Sequence record: OR493421.1 | Length of the DNA: 64,000 nucleotides | Direction: 5' to 3' (one strand) | Shown: one piece after another, positions 1 through 9,152 of the stretch | How the letters are laid out: the number at the start of each line of letters is the position of its first letter | Numbering within the stretch: position 1 is the first letter of the stretch | Program-made: the position numbers and the translations under genes | The notes under the pieces: generated by a model | What the model saw: only the letters and a program-made list of their open reading frames with translations | Told to the model about the DNA's origin: nothing | Database searches by the model: none

Positions 1-233
1 GCTAATTTATATGACGAAATTAAGTCTGATTTTGATCCTTCGATTATGGGTACGGATCGGTGAAGGATTTCCGAATCATAAGGATCTTCCACACAAAAAG
101 CATTTTCGAAATCGATTTCCTCCTCGGTAGAGGAACAGGATAGGTGATCGGGATCCGCATCCGGAAATAGCTCCTTAAATTCTTCTTTCGTGATTTTTGA
201 CCCGAGTAAAAAATCTAAATCGAAATAAATCAT
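1..233 (-). CDS. hypothetical protein (partial, runs off window start)
   Basis: Translated by hand: ATG at 233, MIYFDLDFLLGSKITKEEFKELFPDADPD..., open to base 1; not in ORF track. Confidence 0.7.
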   Translation of the reverse strand, partial: MIYFDLDFLLGSKITKEEFKELFPDADPDHLSCSSTEEEIDFENAFCVEDPYDSEILHRSVPIIEGSKSDLISSYKL

Positions 234-312
234 TTTACTACTCCAGTTAAATAAAAGAAGTTGTCTATACGTTTAGGTAATATAGTTTTAAAATAATATG
301 AAAAAAAATAAC

Positions 313-344
313 TTACTGGAGTGGGGATGACCCCACTCCAGTAA
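313..344 (-). terminator. intrinsic terminator hairpin
   Basis: TTACTGGAGTGGGG-ATGA-CCCCACTCCAGTAA inverted repeat; A-run at 301-310 gives U-tract on minus strand. Confidence 0.8.
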
Positions 345-347
345 CTG

Positions 348-767
348 TTAGAATAATTTATTATTTTGGTAATCAGCCAATGCCTTGTGCGCGACGGGAT
401 CGATGGTCGGAATGATGTCGTACCGCCCGAATCCTGCCTCGGAGATATGCAGTATTGTCCGATTGCGTATGTCTGCCCGAGTATTGAGTTCGTCTCTGAT
501 CTTCAACAAGTGATCCAGAAGGTGATCGAGATCACCCACCAATCCGTATAGAACGGACCCGCACATGAAAACAAAGAAAGCCCCTCCTCGTACAAATACC
601 ACAATGCTGTTATGGAAACTGCTTTTCCCCACTCTATCTTTGACGTCAGATAAGAGAACACTGTGACCTGGGGTTGTTAATCTTCTTGTTCCGGCTTTAT
701 TAACCACGGTGTATTCGGTGGCGAGCTCACTGTCGTCATAGACAAATAAAATGACATTATTGAACAT
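348..767 (-). CDS. hypothetical protein
   Basis: 139 aa ORF in co-oriented gene run. Confidence 0.7.
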   Translation of the reverse strand: MFNNVILFVYDDSELATEYTVVNKAGTRRLTTPGHSVLLSDVKDRVGKSSFHNSIVVFVRGGAFFVFMCGSVLYGLVGDLDHLLDHLLKIRDELNTRADIRNRTILHISEAGFGRYDIIPTIDPVAHKALADYQNNKLF

Positions 768-1311
768 GGTATTCTGGACCCTTATATAAGGCGAAGAAGA
801 AATCGTCAGAGAAGGTTATTTCAAACCGCTCATTTTCGTATTCCACGCCGATGAGCTTATAAACCCCATTAGGGAATTCTTTCTTGTGAATCTGCACGGG
901 TTCTTTGTAAAAGGAAAGGAGGTATTTCTCCAATTTACGCATTTCCCCAACAGTGAGTTTCTTATCGAACTCCATGCTGTTTACCGTGAAGTACTCTTTG
1001 ACGATTCGGTTCAGCTGGTTTCTGGTTTTACTTGGTCTTACTTTAATTACGGGAATGACCGAGTTTGGTTTACCGTTGAGCTTAATGGTAATATCACGGT
1101 ACATCAGCTCGCGTACTTGGGCTGTTAAAGGAATGTCGGGTCGACGGGTAATATTGCGTTCGATATGCTCTTTAATCAACGCATGACAAACCAGAGGAGG
1201 TAAGTTTTGTAAGAAGACGTCGTGCTTAGCTAACAGCCAAACATTAACAAGCCCTTCTTCTATTTCTATGGTGGTTTTCTTACCACCGACGCTAACTGCT
1301 TGTAAAATCAT
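757..1311 (-). CDS. hypothetical protein
   Basis: 184 aa ORF, SD-like AGGGA upstream. Confidence 0.75.
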   Translation of the reverse strand: MILQAVSVGGKKTTIEIEEGLVNVWLLAKHDVFLQNLPPLVCHALIKEHIERNITRRPDIPLTAQVRELMYRDITIKLNGKPNSVIPVIKVRPSKTRNQLNRIVKEYFTVNSMEFDKKLTVGEMRKLEKYLLSFYKEPVQIHKKEFPNGVYKLIGVEYENERFEITFSDDFFFALYKGPEYHVQ

Positions 1312-1339
1312 GGATGACGTTCCCTAAAATAAATGGCTA

Positions 1340-1777
1340 TTAGAGCCAGTTAACGGTTCTACGATCGTTACTGACGTAGTTGCAACTGAGTTGTTCGAGC
1401 TGACTTAACGCGTCACCGAGCTCGTCTCTGGTGATTTCCTTACGTAACTCAAAGAACTCAGGTTCGTAAGTTCCGCAGAACAATAACGGGAACTCGTAGT
1501 TCCCCACAGTTACCATGCAACGGAAGAACCGGTAGTTGTCTTGACCCGCCCTGATTCGTTTATTAGTAAAATCGTTAGCCTCGATACCGAGACTAATACT
1601 CTTACCATAAATTTTCAAATACCCTTCTTCGTCCCCTAAGAACCCAGCCGATTTACATCCTTTGAGTTGAAATTTAAATTGAAGGAAAGTTTCTCGATGA
1701 GTAACCGGGATATGGTTACCCCAAGCCACTATTCCATTTTTAACAACACCACCGCAATACAGAGCGCGTAAACTCAT
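1340..1777 (-). CDS. hypothetical protein
   Basis: 145 aa ORF, AAGGA upstream. Confidence 0.75.
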   Translation of the reverse strand: MSLRALYCGGVVKNGIVAWGNHIPVTHRETFLQFKFQLKGCKSAGFLGDEEGYLKIYGKSISLGIEANDFTNKRIRAGQDNYRFFRCMVTVGNYEFPLLFCGTYEPEFFELRKEITRDELGDALSQLEQLSCNYVSNDRRTVNWL

Positions 1778-1786
1778 ATCGAATCC

Positions 1787-2380
1787 TTAAAAATTACGGA
1801 ACACCAACCAGTTATTATAGCCGTAAATCGTTTTGACCGAGTTATTGTAATTGACCGAGTCAAAGATGCGATTAATTTTTGCTAGAGAGGTTTCTTTTAG
1901 TAACTCATCGGCTTGACCTACCCCGCCAAGATGAACGATTAAAGGATAACGCAAATTATCGGGAACTAACGGCTTCTTCATCCCAACTTCCAGGCAAAGG
2001 TTAGTCAGCGCGCTAGCGTCTGCAACAACGTAAACATCTTTAAAGACTTCCACCACCCGGCAGCTTAAACCGCTGTCTTCAAATTTAACGAATAAACCGT
2101 TACTGATCTTTCTTGGGAGATCGAAAACACTCTTGCCCCTTATCACGTCAAGACAAAAATTATCATTATGTTTGTACTTTAACATAAGGGCGAACTGCGA
2201 GCGATTAATCTTCAAGATCTGGTTTATTCCAGATGGGGAGTATCTGATAAATAAGGACCCGTCGTCATTAACCTTAATGACCCGGAGCTGTTCATTAAAC
2301 ATCTCGTGCCAGAGATCGCCAGGCTGTGGGTCATTGAAAGCTTCTTCGTTAACTTGTTTCATTGCTTCGATGTTTGCCAT
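1787..2380 (-). CDS. hypothetical protein
   Basis: 197 aa ORF. Confidence 0.75.
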   Translation of the reverse strand: MANIEAMKQVNEEAFNDPQPGDLWHEMFNEQLRVIKVNDDGSLFIRYSPSGINQILKINRSQFALMLKYKHNDNFCLDVIRGKSVFDLPRKISNGLFVKFEDSGLSCRVVEVFKDVYVVADASALTNLCLEVGMKKPLVPDNLRYPLIVHLGGVGQADELLKETSLAKINRIFDSVNYNNSVKTIYGYNNWLVFRNF

Positions 2381-2383
2381 TTT

Positions 2384-2758
2384 TTATTTCCCCAGGTTAT
2401 TAAGTTTATTGTAAGCGTCGTTTCGCTCGCCAATTAATCTTCTTAACTCTTCCATTTTTTCTTTTCTTTTACCGATTAGCATTCGCAGGGAGGCGAATTC
2501 CATGTTAAGCTCCGCAATAAAACTACGGACTCCTAACCGATAAACCGTTTTACCCGAAATGCCCAACTCAGTACCTAGCCGCTGGCATTTTTTGATTTCT
2601 TTCTTTAATGCTCTTATCTTCTTAATAGTAAAAGATATTTTAGCCGAAAGGTCGTTGTAGCGAGCATAACCCAATTTGGTTCTAAACTCGTACATCTTGA
2701 AACGATCCGACATAATACTTTCGTAAGTCTGCCCTACGGCGTTATTTTCGTCCATCAC
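2384..2758 (-). CDS. hypothetical coiled-coil protein
   Basis: 124 aa, basic helical heptad character. Confidence 0.7.
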   Translation of the reverse strand: MMDENNAVGQTYESIMSDRFKMYEFRTKLGYARYNDLSAKISFTIKKIRALKKEIKKCQRLGTELGISGKTVYRLGVRSFIAELNMEFASLRMLIGKRKEKMEELRRLIGERNDAYNKLNNLGK

Positions 2759-3111
2759 AATCCCCTGAAAATCTCTCTGGTGCTGTCACGTTCTTCGTCT
2801 ACATCAAGAATACCGTGAGAAACCATAATACCTTGAATGTACCCCAACCAGCGATGTTTCTTGGTAAGGGACATTTCAGAATTATCCCTTATACTCTCCA
2901 GCATCCAGATGAGATGCGACGTTTTTGTTTTACCCGTACCCAGTTCAGGAGAGTTTTTGAGGTAACCGAGGTAACGATCAACAATGTCGGGATAAAAGGT
3001 TTTTACCTGAATCCGACACTCTGCAATTTCCAGGAGTTCTTTATGGGTGATTGTGACGACTTCGAGAACTTTAGAAGAAGCAATGAGCTGCAGTAATCTT
3101 TCCTCTTTCAC
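2755..3111 (-). CDS. conserved phage hypothetical protein
   Basis: HLIWMLE...KHRWLGYIQG...ERDSTR motif recurrent in phage hypotheticals; 4-nt overlap with neighbours. Confidence 0.75.
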   Translation of the reverse strand: MKEERLLQLIASSKVLEVVTITHKELLEIAECRIQVKTFYPDIVDRYLGYLKNSPELGTGKTKTSHLIWMLESIRDNSEMSLTKKHRWLGYIQGIMVSHGILDVDEERDSTREIFRGL

Positions 3112-3905
3112 GATGATAACTCCTGAGTTGATATTTTGTTGAAAACAATTTTAGAGTGAACCTGACCCCTACCTGCGACGAATTTGAACTGGGTAGGTGA
3201 TTTAAAATGCGCTTTAAATTCACTAAGCAGCATTTTTATATTCACGTCTATCTTCATTGGGCGGCTGGCGTCAACCGATTTAATTTCTGCGACCAAGTTA
3301 CCTTCCTGATCAAAGATCTCTTCGTCGAGAATAAACCGAGTAACGTTTATCGGGACAGTTAAATCTAAGGATTCTGTTTTTCCTTTAGGGAGGAAGGAAA
3401 AAGGAACGTACCCGCCGTTCAGTATTTCATCGACAGAGAATAAACGATAATTAGTCGCCTCCATACTTACGTTGACGTAACGATCGTCGTATAACGTGTC
3501 GGTGTGCATGTGAGCGTGGATGTTAATATAACCATGTCCTAAAGCGTGTTTATGCATCGGGATGTGTGAGAACCATATCCCGTCCATTTTAATGCTGCCA
3601 TGGACTTCATCCATCACGTCGGTAATCATTTTTATATTCACTCCGTTTTGGAGGTCGTGGTTACCGAGTACGTGGACTTTGTAAAACTTATACTGTTTTA
3701 GTTTTATTAGACTTTCTGGACTGAGGAAGTTGTCACCTAAGAAGATAACGATTTTATCTTCTGGGACTTGGTCGAGAAGGCCCCAGGTTTCATTATCATG
3801 TTCTTCCATCGTACTAAACTGAGGACGGTATTTTAACATGATCTTATCGTTTACATGATTGCAGCCAGTCACATAAACGTCTTTCCACTCATACTGATCT
3901 TTCAT
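3108..3905 (-). CDS. calcineurin-like metallophosphoesterase
   Basis: FLGD, VLGNHD, SHIP, NIHAHMH motifs; first motif degenerate (TGCNH); extra C-terminal ~90 aa. Confidence 0.8.
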   Translation of the reverse strand: MKDQYEWKDVYVTGCNHVNDKIMLKYRPQFSTMEEHDNETWGLLDQVPEDKIVIFLGDNFLSPESLIKLKQYKFYKVHVLGNHDLQNGVNIKMITDVMDEVHGSIKMDGIWFSHIPMHKHALGHGYINIHAHMHTDTLYDDRYVNVSMEATNYRLFSVDEILNGGYVPFSFLPKGKTESLDLTVPINVTRFILDEEIFDQEGNLVAEIKSVDASRPMKIDVNIKMLLSEFKAHFKSPTQFKFVAGRGQVHSKIVFNKISTQELSS

Positions 3906-3929
3906 GATGTTAGTTCCTAAAAGGGTTTC

Positions 3930-4337
3930 TTAGGAGGCCGGGATGTAACCCCAACTCCCTATTATTAAATGTGTGTTGATTCCGTTAGCCCGATAATACT
4001 CAGTGTACGCCTCTCGGTATTTATTTTTGAGTGTGATTTGTCTGGCGACGGCGGTTTTATGTTGCAGACAAAGCCCCGCAAGGATCCGGTTCACCCGATC
4101 TATTTTTGCGATGTGGGCGCTCTTTTCCAATTCGGTCAATGGCTGTGTTTTATTTAAATGACTCCGACGGTAATTGTGGTAAGCTATTTGGAGTTGCAAT
4201 CTTGAATATTTTCTCTCTTTTATCGCTTCTGTAAGCTCGTTAATCAACCCCGTATTGAGAATTAATTCTATCTTCAGGGACTCGGCTTCTGGTCCATGAT
4301 CGGAACGGTAACCGCCGCGTCTTTTAAATCTAGCCAT
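3930..4337 (-). CDS. hypothetical basic protein
   Basis: 135 aa ORF, GGAGG SD. Confidence 0.7.
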   Translation of the reverse strand: MARFKRRGGYRSDHGPEAESLKIELILNTGLINELTEAIKERKYSRLQLQIAYHNYRRSHLNKTQPLTELEKSAHIAKIDRVNRILAGLCLQHKTAVARQITLKNKYREAYTEYYRANGINTHLIIGSWGYIPAS

Positions 4338-4360
4338 AATCCCTCCAATTAAATATGTGA

Positions 4361-4783
4361 TTATTTTTTAACTAATTCTGGGTCGCCCACGTAAAGGTCG
4401 TAATGACACCTCAGGTTTAATCCCTTACGACTCACAGTAGCCCATCCGTAATCGCTCGTTACATCGGGAGCTGGGACAAAATGTTGAAAATACTCATCTA
4501 GAGTCATTTCTCCGTTTCTGGCATACTGTTCAACGAAGTCCTTTAAACTCAATGGTTCTTCTGGATTGAGGGCATTACCGTAGTCCACGAAAACACCTTC
4601 AGCGTGTTTCAAAAAAGCAAGCTGAACCAACTGCGGAGTATTTCTAGTGATCTGCCAGTGTACTTTGCCTGTGGTGCGTCCTACGAAAGGCATCAAAACA
4701 TATTTGTTAAAGAAGAGAACCCCGAAGGATTCCCCTTTCTCGACATCGAATCCGATGATGCTTTTATATTCAGATAAGCGCAT
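4361..4783 (-). CDS. hypothetical protein
   Basis: 140 aa ORF. Confidence 0.7.
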   Translation of the reverse strand: MRLSEYKSIIGFDVEKGESFGVLFFNKYVLMPFVGRTTGKVHWQITRNTPQLVQLAFLKHAEGVFVDYGNALNPEEPLSLKDFVEQYARNGEMTLDEYFQHFVPAPDVTSDYGWATVSRKGLNLRCHYDLYVGDPELVKK

Positions 4784-4792
4784 ACGTGACCC

Positions 4793-5209
4793 TTAATTGG
4801 TTTGGAGTGAACGTTCTCTGGTGAGCTGGAAGTAAAACGTTTTAATACGCTGAATGATCTTTACAAGATCTGTGAGGTTGTCGTCTCTGACAAAATCAAC
4901 ATAATCGGCTTCTTCCAAATGATTTCCGACTATGCTTAGGTGATTCTCCCAATCGTGACCATCGTCCTTGAGGGCGGCGTGCAGCTCTTTACTCTGGTTG
5001 AGATAATGCGGAATAATGAAAACAACTTTCATTTTGCGACTATCAGCCAGCTTAATTCGCCGGATAATTTCTTTTGGTTCTATCCCGGTACGAACGTAGA
5101 TATACCCATCCTTATTCGTATCCAGATTCCCCTTAGGAACCCCGTAATCCTTTAAAAGAGAAAAGAACTCACGACTACAAAAATTTTCCTGAATTAAGAA
5201 TATTCTCAT
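4793..5209 (-). CDS. hypothetical protein
   Basis: 138 aa ORF overlapping upstream stop. Confidence 0.7.
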   Translation of the reverse strand: MRIFLIQENFCSREFFSLLKDYGVPKGNLDTNKDGYIYVRTGIEPKEIIRRIKLADSRKMKVVFIIPHYLNQSKELHAALKDDGHDWENHLSIVGNHLEEADYVDFVRDDNLTDLVKIIQRIKTFYFQLTRERSLQTN

Positions 5210-5775
5210 GCTACTTCCCCAATGTCACTACGAAGGATTAACCCCCGATTATAAACAAGCTTGCCAAGCGCACTGGCGTCCCCCATGACGGGATTTTTTG
5301 TCATCCTTAGGTGACTGTCTCCTACGATCATACAGCCGCGTACATGTGGATTGTTAGGGTTGCACAACCCCATGATCTGATCGATCATAAACTGCTCTCT
5401 TAATGCGAAGCTACGCCGACAATCGGTGTAGATTCCGTTCTCGTCTTTCTTATCCCAGGCGTAAACGGATTTATCCCAAAGATCGCACCCTACGACTTGT
5501 AACCCGAGCTCTAACGCTAATTTAAACGAACGATCGCTAATTGACCATTTCTCTAATTCCAGTCCTCGTTTAATGGCATTAGGTGTGAGGAACACTTCAC
5601 TTCCGCATTCCTCACTAAAGAGGACTTTAAACGGCTTTAGCGCGTGAGCCCGCCGAATCAAAAATTCGACTTCATCGCGATCTTCTGCTGTATGCATTTC
5701 CCCGAAGATAATGAACTTACTATTCTTAAGTTCGTTAGCCGTTACGTACTTGCGTTTGATACTTTTCATCAGCAT
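5206..5775 (-). CDS. putative ChaN/EreA/TIKI-superfamily protein
   Basis: IIFGEMH, VLFSEE, VVGCD, LREQFM, MIVGDSH pattern matches GExH..E..R..vG..H of this fold. Confidence 0.55.
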   Translation of the reverse strand: MLMKSIKRKYVTANELKNSKFIIFGEMHTAEDRDEVEFLIRRAHALKPFKVLFSEECGSEVFLTPNAIKRGLELEKWSISDRSFKLALELGLQVVGCDLWDKSVYAWDKKDENGIYTDCRRSFALREQFMIDQIMGLCNPNNPHVRGCMIVGDSHLRMTKNPVMGDASALGKLVYNRGLILRSDIGEVA

Positions 5776-6065
5776 TCCCTTCCAGCGAAGATATCGGACA
5801 TCATTTTAACGAAATATTCTTTAAAGTCAGAAGAGCTCTCTACGAGAATGTAAGGTTTCTTTCCGTAGAACGTGATCACTATTCCCGTGCGGCTGTAGAG
5901 GTTAACGGTGCGGTTAACCAAACGTATTCGGGCGATATCTCTTATGCGAAAACTGATTTGGTCTTCGCCGTCTATAATCGTGCATACCCCGTTTTTAATA
6001 AAGTACGATGGTGTTTCGTATTCCGGCCAATCTAGTAATTGACGAAAGAAAGATTCTAAGCTCAT
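5769..6065 (-). CDS. hypothetical protein (start corrected to MSLES)
   Basis: TTTAGGAATCAACATCATG leader places ATG at 6065 rather than 6089. Confidence 0.7.
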   Translation of the reverse strand: MSLESFFRQLLDWPEYETPSYFIKNGVCTIIDGEDQISFRIRDIARIRLVNRTVNLYSRTGIVITFYGKKPYILVESSSDFKEYFVKMMSDIFAGREC

Positions 6066-6095
6066 GATGTTGATTCCTAAAAAAGACAAAATAAG

Positions 6096-6115
6096 AGAGG
6101 GGCGTTAACCCCTCT
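6096..6115 (-). terminator. terminator hairpin
   Basis: AGAGGGG-CGTTAA-CCCCTCT; A-rich flank on left. Confidence 0.65.
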
Positions 6116-6121
6116 ACGTTT

Positions 6122-6796
6122 TTACTTCGTTTCTTGGTACAGCGAACAAATGCGAAGCGCGTCCAAATAACAATCGGTCAGTGCATGATGGCTTACAAGG
6201 CCTTCAAACAAACTTTCCTCTAGGGTGTAATGTCCTTTGACGTCACCTGTTTTAGCAAACACGATGCTTGGGATGTCAATCACGTCGTTGTGCCTGAGGA
6301 ACATCTCTGTATCCAATCGCTTACACAGATTCTCTAACCAAATGTAATCCGCGTGAGTGCGACGAATCAGAATAACCATGTCCTCGGTCTTACGACGATA
6401 AGACATGATGAAGCGTCTGAATTCCCGTAAGGCCGCGTAGGGAGAAACCTCGTTCTCTAACATCTTACCGAGGTTCGTTCCGTTCTTTTTGTAATGCCAT
6501 TCTCCGGTTTCTTTGGAGATGTCGAAACCCAAGAAGAACGATTCCTTTAGATTAAGATTACGATAAAACGTATCCGTATCCTGAGGATTCTTCATTCGAC
6601 GTTGTGTAGTTTCTAAACTAAACCGATCGAAAGCAAACGCACCCATACTGAGGATCGCCGGATTAATGCCAAGCGAAGCGGTTTCGAAATCAAAGATGAC
6701 AGTGTTAATATCAGAGTCAATAGGAAACTCGTCTTTTTCATCCGTCGTTTTGGTCTTGTAGTAAGAAAGCGACATCGTTCTAGAATTTACACCCAT
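6122..6796 (-). CDS. DEDDh 3'-5' exonuclease (Rv2179c/RNase T-like)
   Basis: IFDFETASL (ExoI), ILSMGAFAF, SHHALTDCYLD (ExoIII). Confidence 0.8.
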   Translation of the reverse strand: MGVNSRTMSLSYYKTKTTDEKDEFPIDSDINTVIFDFETASLGINPAILSMGAFAFDRFSLETTQRRMKNPQDTDTFYRNLNLKESFFLGFDISKETGEWHYKKNGTNLGKMLENEVSPYAALREFRRFIMSYRRKTEDMVILIRRTHADYIWLENLCKRLDTEMFLRHNDVIDIPSIVFAKTGDVKGHYTLEESLFEGLVSHHALTDCYLDALRICSLYQETK

Positions 6797-6808
6797 GTTT
6801 AATCACCC

Positions 6809-7552
6809 TTAAAAGTCAAATTGTGCCGAAGCCATGCGCCCACCCATTTTCTCCATTGCGTGACCCACCGCACTAAATTCAGGAGAAATAGAGATCAGAC
6901 TGATAGGAGCGACGCCTATCGATTTTAGACGTTTAATGAGGTATTTCATTACCTCATTATGCCGGTCTTTATCCTCAGTGTGTGAATAGAAAATAGACAT
7001 GTCGAAGGCGTCATCGCCTTTGTCTCGCCCGGCGATAAAAGCAACCGGAACCCCGTCCAGATTTCTTTTTGCAATCCAGATAACGGCATTAGGATCCGCT
7101 TCAATTAATGCACCCAGTGACTGACGAAGATCCCGTAATTCGGATTTACCCGGAATGCTCCCGAGTGCTTTAGAGTCGAGAAAACCTTTTAAAGAGAAAG
7201 GAGAGAAACTCATCGACTGAGCGTCGTAGATGTTCTGTTGAAGAATTACACCAAATTCTTTCATTGCTTGTAATACTTTCTCTTCCGCTTTAAGCGCTTC
7301 CAAAAGTTCCTTCTTTCGCTTGGCGTGTAACTTGAAAGTTACCGAACGATATTTTCTCCCCTCCTTGGTTTGATAAATCTCGCCGGACATCGCTTTATCA
7401 AACATCTTTACGGTGTTGTTGTGGTCTTTTATTTTGACCCCCAACATTTTAATGATGGTTTTCGAACGATTGATCTTAGTGCGATTCAAAACAACACCCG
7501 GATCATTTTTAATGTCGGAAGGAAGGTAAACGTAAGGAATGTTTTCGCTCAT
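6809..7552 (-). CDS. hypothetical protein, possible C-terminal GNAT-like fold
   Basis: 247 aa; WIAKRNLDGVPVAFIAG...MSIFYSH beta pattern; lacks clear acetyl-CoA motif. Confidence 0.45.
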   Translation of the reverse strand: MSENIPYVYLPSDIKNDPGVVLNRTKINRSKTIIKMLGVKIKDHNNTVKMFDKAMSGEIYQTKEGRKYRSVTFKLHAKRKKELLEALKAEEKVLQAMKEFGVILQQNIYDAQSMSFSPFSLKGFLDSKALGSIPGKSELRDLRQSLGALIEADPNAVIWIAKRNLDGVPVAFIAGRDKGDDAFDMSIFYSHTEDKDRHNEVMKYLIKRLKSIGVAPISLISISPEFSAVGHAMEKMGGRMASAQFDF

Positions 7553-7576
7553 AATCGTAGCCCTAAATTAGTGAGG

Positions 7577-7996
7577 TTATTTTGTTGAAAAGGTAATGAG
7601 ATTAGATCTCACTGTATTTTTGGTTTTTCTAAAAGGAATGACCGCTGCTCTGAATTGACGAAGACGAAGTTTCCATTCGATAGGAAGTTCATCGAATGGA
7701 ACTAATAACGGATGGGTTTTCTTTTCCGCATCCTTTACTTCTCCATGAACCCAACCTTCTTGGGTTAGTCGACTAAGCCAACTGCCATGGAGAGATTTTG
7801 GTGATTTGTCATGAACCAGAACGGCTCTGACGGATGCTTTCATTTGGGCTTTATACCCCTCACCCATTAACCCCCATTGATGCAATTCCGGCAGACCAAA
7901 GGCATAGTCTATCCCGCACTGCACGCTGTGTGCTACGCTTGCGATAAAATCAAGCTCTGCGTCGGTATAATCTTCCCCGTGACTCTTACGCCCCAT
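7577..7996 (-). CDS. RyR domain protein
   Basis: HGSWLSRLTQEGWVHGEVKDAEKKTHPLLVPFDELP is the RyR repeat signature. Confidence 0.85.
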   Translation of the reverse strand: MGRKSHGEDYTDAELDFIASVAHSVQCGIDYAFGLPELHQWGLMGEGYKAQMKASVRAVLVHDKSPKSLHGSWLSRLTQEGWVHGEVKDAEKKTHPLLVPFDELPIEWKLRLRQFRAAVIPFRKTKNTVRSNLITFSTK

Positions 7997-8549
7997 TTTT
8001 AACCTCTTTTAAAACAATACCGATATCTCTAATTAGGCGGTCTATAGCGCGCTGTAAGATAACGAGCTCACCTATCTCACCTTTGCCTTGACTACCAAAA
8101 CGATTAACGTACCATCGCGCTGAGCGTTCACACGAACTGATCTCTAACGTATTACTATAAAGGTCATAGGTTTTTACCAACGACCCTGTAAACACTTTAT
8201 CGATTCCTTCGATGTCGTTTAACCAATAACGCTCTGTTTTTACAGTATCTTTTTTACTGCGTTTAACCGCGCACTTCTCAATGAAATCTCTGATGTGGGT
8301 ATCCATCAGCCTGAGTTTGGCTAAAAATGATTCGAAATTTTTATCTATCCCCTCGTTATTAGTATGAATGACTAATAACGTATTCCCCTTTCGTATGTTG
8401 ATATTGGCATCAAAGATTTCGTTGTGAATCTTTTCTTTCTTTTTAGTTTCGTAGTCAATTATGGTGGTCTTGACCGACCAACTTACACTGTTGAGATTAG
8501 ACGTGTCTCGGTTAAGAAATAATCTCCCAGAAAGAGTCTTTATGGTCAT
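7986..8549 (-). CDS. hypothetical protein
   Basis: 187 aa ORF. Confidence 0.75.
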   Translation of the reverse strand: MTIKTLSGRLFLNRDTSNLNSVSWSVKTTIIDYETKKKEKIHNEIFDANINIRKGNTLLVIHTNNEGIDKNFESFLAKLRLMDTHIRDFIEKCAVKRSKKDTVKTERYWLNDIEGIDKVFTGSLVKTYDLYSNTLEISSCERSARWYVNRFGSQGKGEIGELVILQRAIDRLIRDIGIVLKEVKNGA

Positions 8550-8580
8550 TGACTAAATTCCCAAAAAATAAGCACGAGGG

Positions 8581-8609
8581 AGTAGGAGGAGGAAACCCCC
8601 CCTCCTACT
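8581..8609 (-). terminator. terminator hairpin
   Basis: AGTAGGAGG..GGAAACC..CCTCCTACT immediately after 8620-8901. Confidence 0.7.
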
Positions 8610-8619
8610 TTACCTTAAC

Positions 8620-8901
8620 TTAGCAGGCGCTGCCGGCAAGTTTGGCCGCCATTTCCGGAGACGGGTTGTTTTTACCTTTGGCTTTTTCGGCCTTTTGTTC
8701 CTGGGCTTTGTCCGTGACGAGGACACCGTCTTTGATCTTCAGGGTTTGGCCGATGGTCAGCTGACCCGGATCGAGATCGAGGGTGATGACCGACACGTCG
8801 GTTGCCAGGGAGACTTTGCCGGCAGCCAGGCCGGAGACGACGAAGGATTCCGAACCATTCAGGGCGGCGAGTTGTTCTTCGGTCAGTTTGATTTTAGACA
8901 T
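8620..8901 (-). CDS. small protein, probably highly expressed
   Basis: 93 aa; visibly GC-richer codons than neighbours; own promoter-like element and terminator. Confidence 0.75.
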   Translation of the reverse strand: MSKIKLTEEQLAALNGSESFVVSGLAAGKVSLATDVSVITLDLDPGQLTIGQTLKIKDGVLVTDKAQEQKAEKAKGKNNPSPEMAAKLAGSAC

Positions 8902-8947
8902 AACTTCTTTTCCTTTAATTAAAGTTTACGGTCGGTTAACCATTACA

Positions 8948-8974
8948 ATAGTACAGGGCTGTAAATATTTACAA
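8948..8974 (-). promoter_or_regulatory. candidate phage promoter TTGTAA-N15-TACTAT
   Basis: Minus strand agTTGTAA atatttacagccctg TACTAT; same spacing as three other copies. Confidence 0.6.
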
Positions 8975-8975
8975 C

Positions 8976-9152
8976 TTAAACGACTTCTTCTTTAGAGAAG
9001 AGATGCTCAACGTCAGAACGCATCCAACGCATATTTTTCCCCTCGCTAACGAAAGGCTGGGGGACAGTACCTTTGCTAATACGAATTTTCAGGGTTTTAA
9101 CGGAAATACCCAGAAGTTTAGCTAACTCTTTAAGACTGATCAGTGGTTGCAT
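8976..9152 (-). CDS. AlpA/excisionase-like HTH DNA-binding protein (58 aa, not in ORF track)
   Basis: Hand translation MQPLISLKELAKLLGISVKTLKIRISKGTVPQPFVSEGKNMRWMRSDVEHLFSKEEVV; ATG directly follows stop of 9153-10043. Confidence 0.8.
   Translation of the reverse strand: MQPLISLKELAKLLGISVKTLKIRISKGTVPQPFVSEGKNMRWMRSDVEHLFSKEEVV

Noticed and set aside
277-284. TATATTAC on the minus strand, matching the phiKZ early-promoter core
   Set aside because: Single 8-mer in very AT-rich DNA; no second copy noticed, so not called as a feature
8976-9152. AlpA-like gene as evidence of an integrated prophage or excision module
   Set aside because: No integrase, att site, tRNA or host genes in the window
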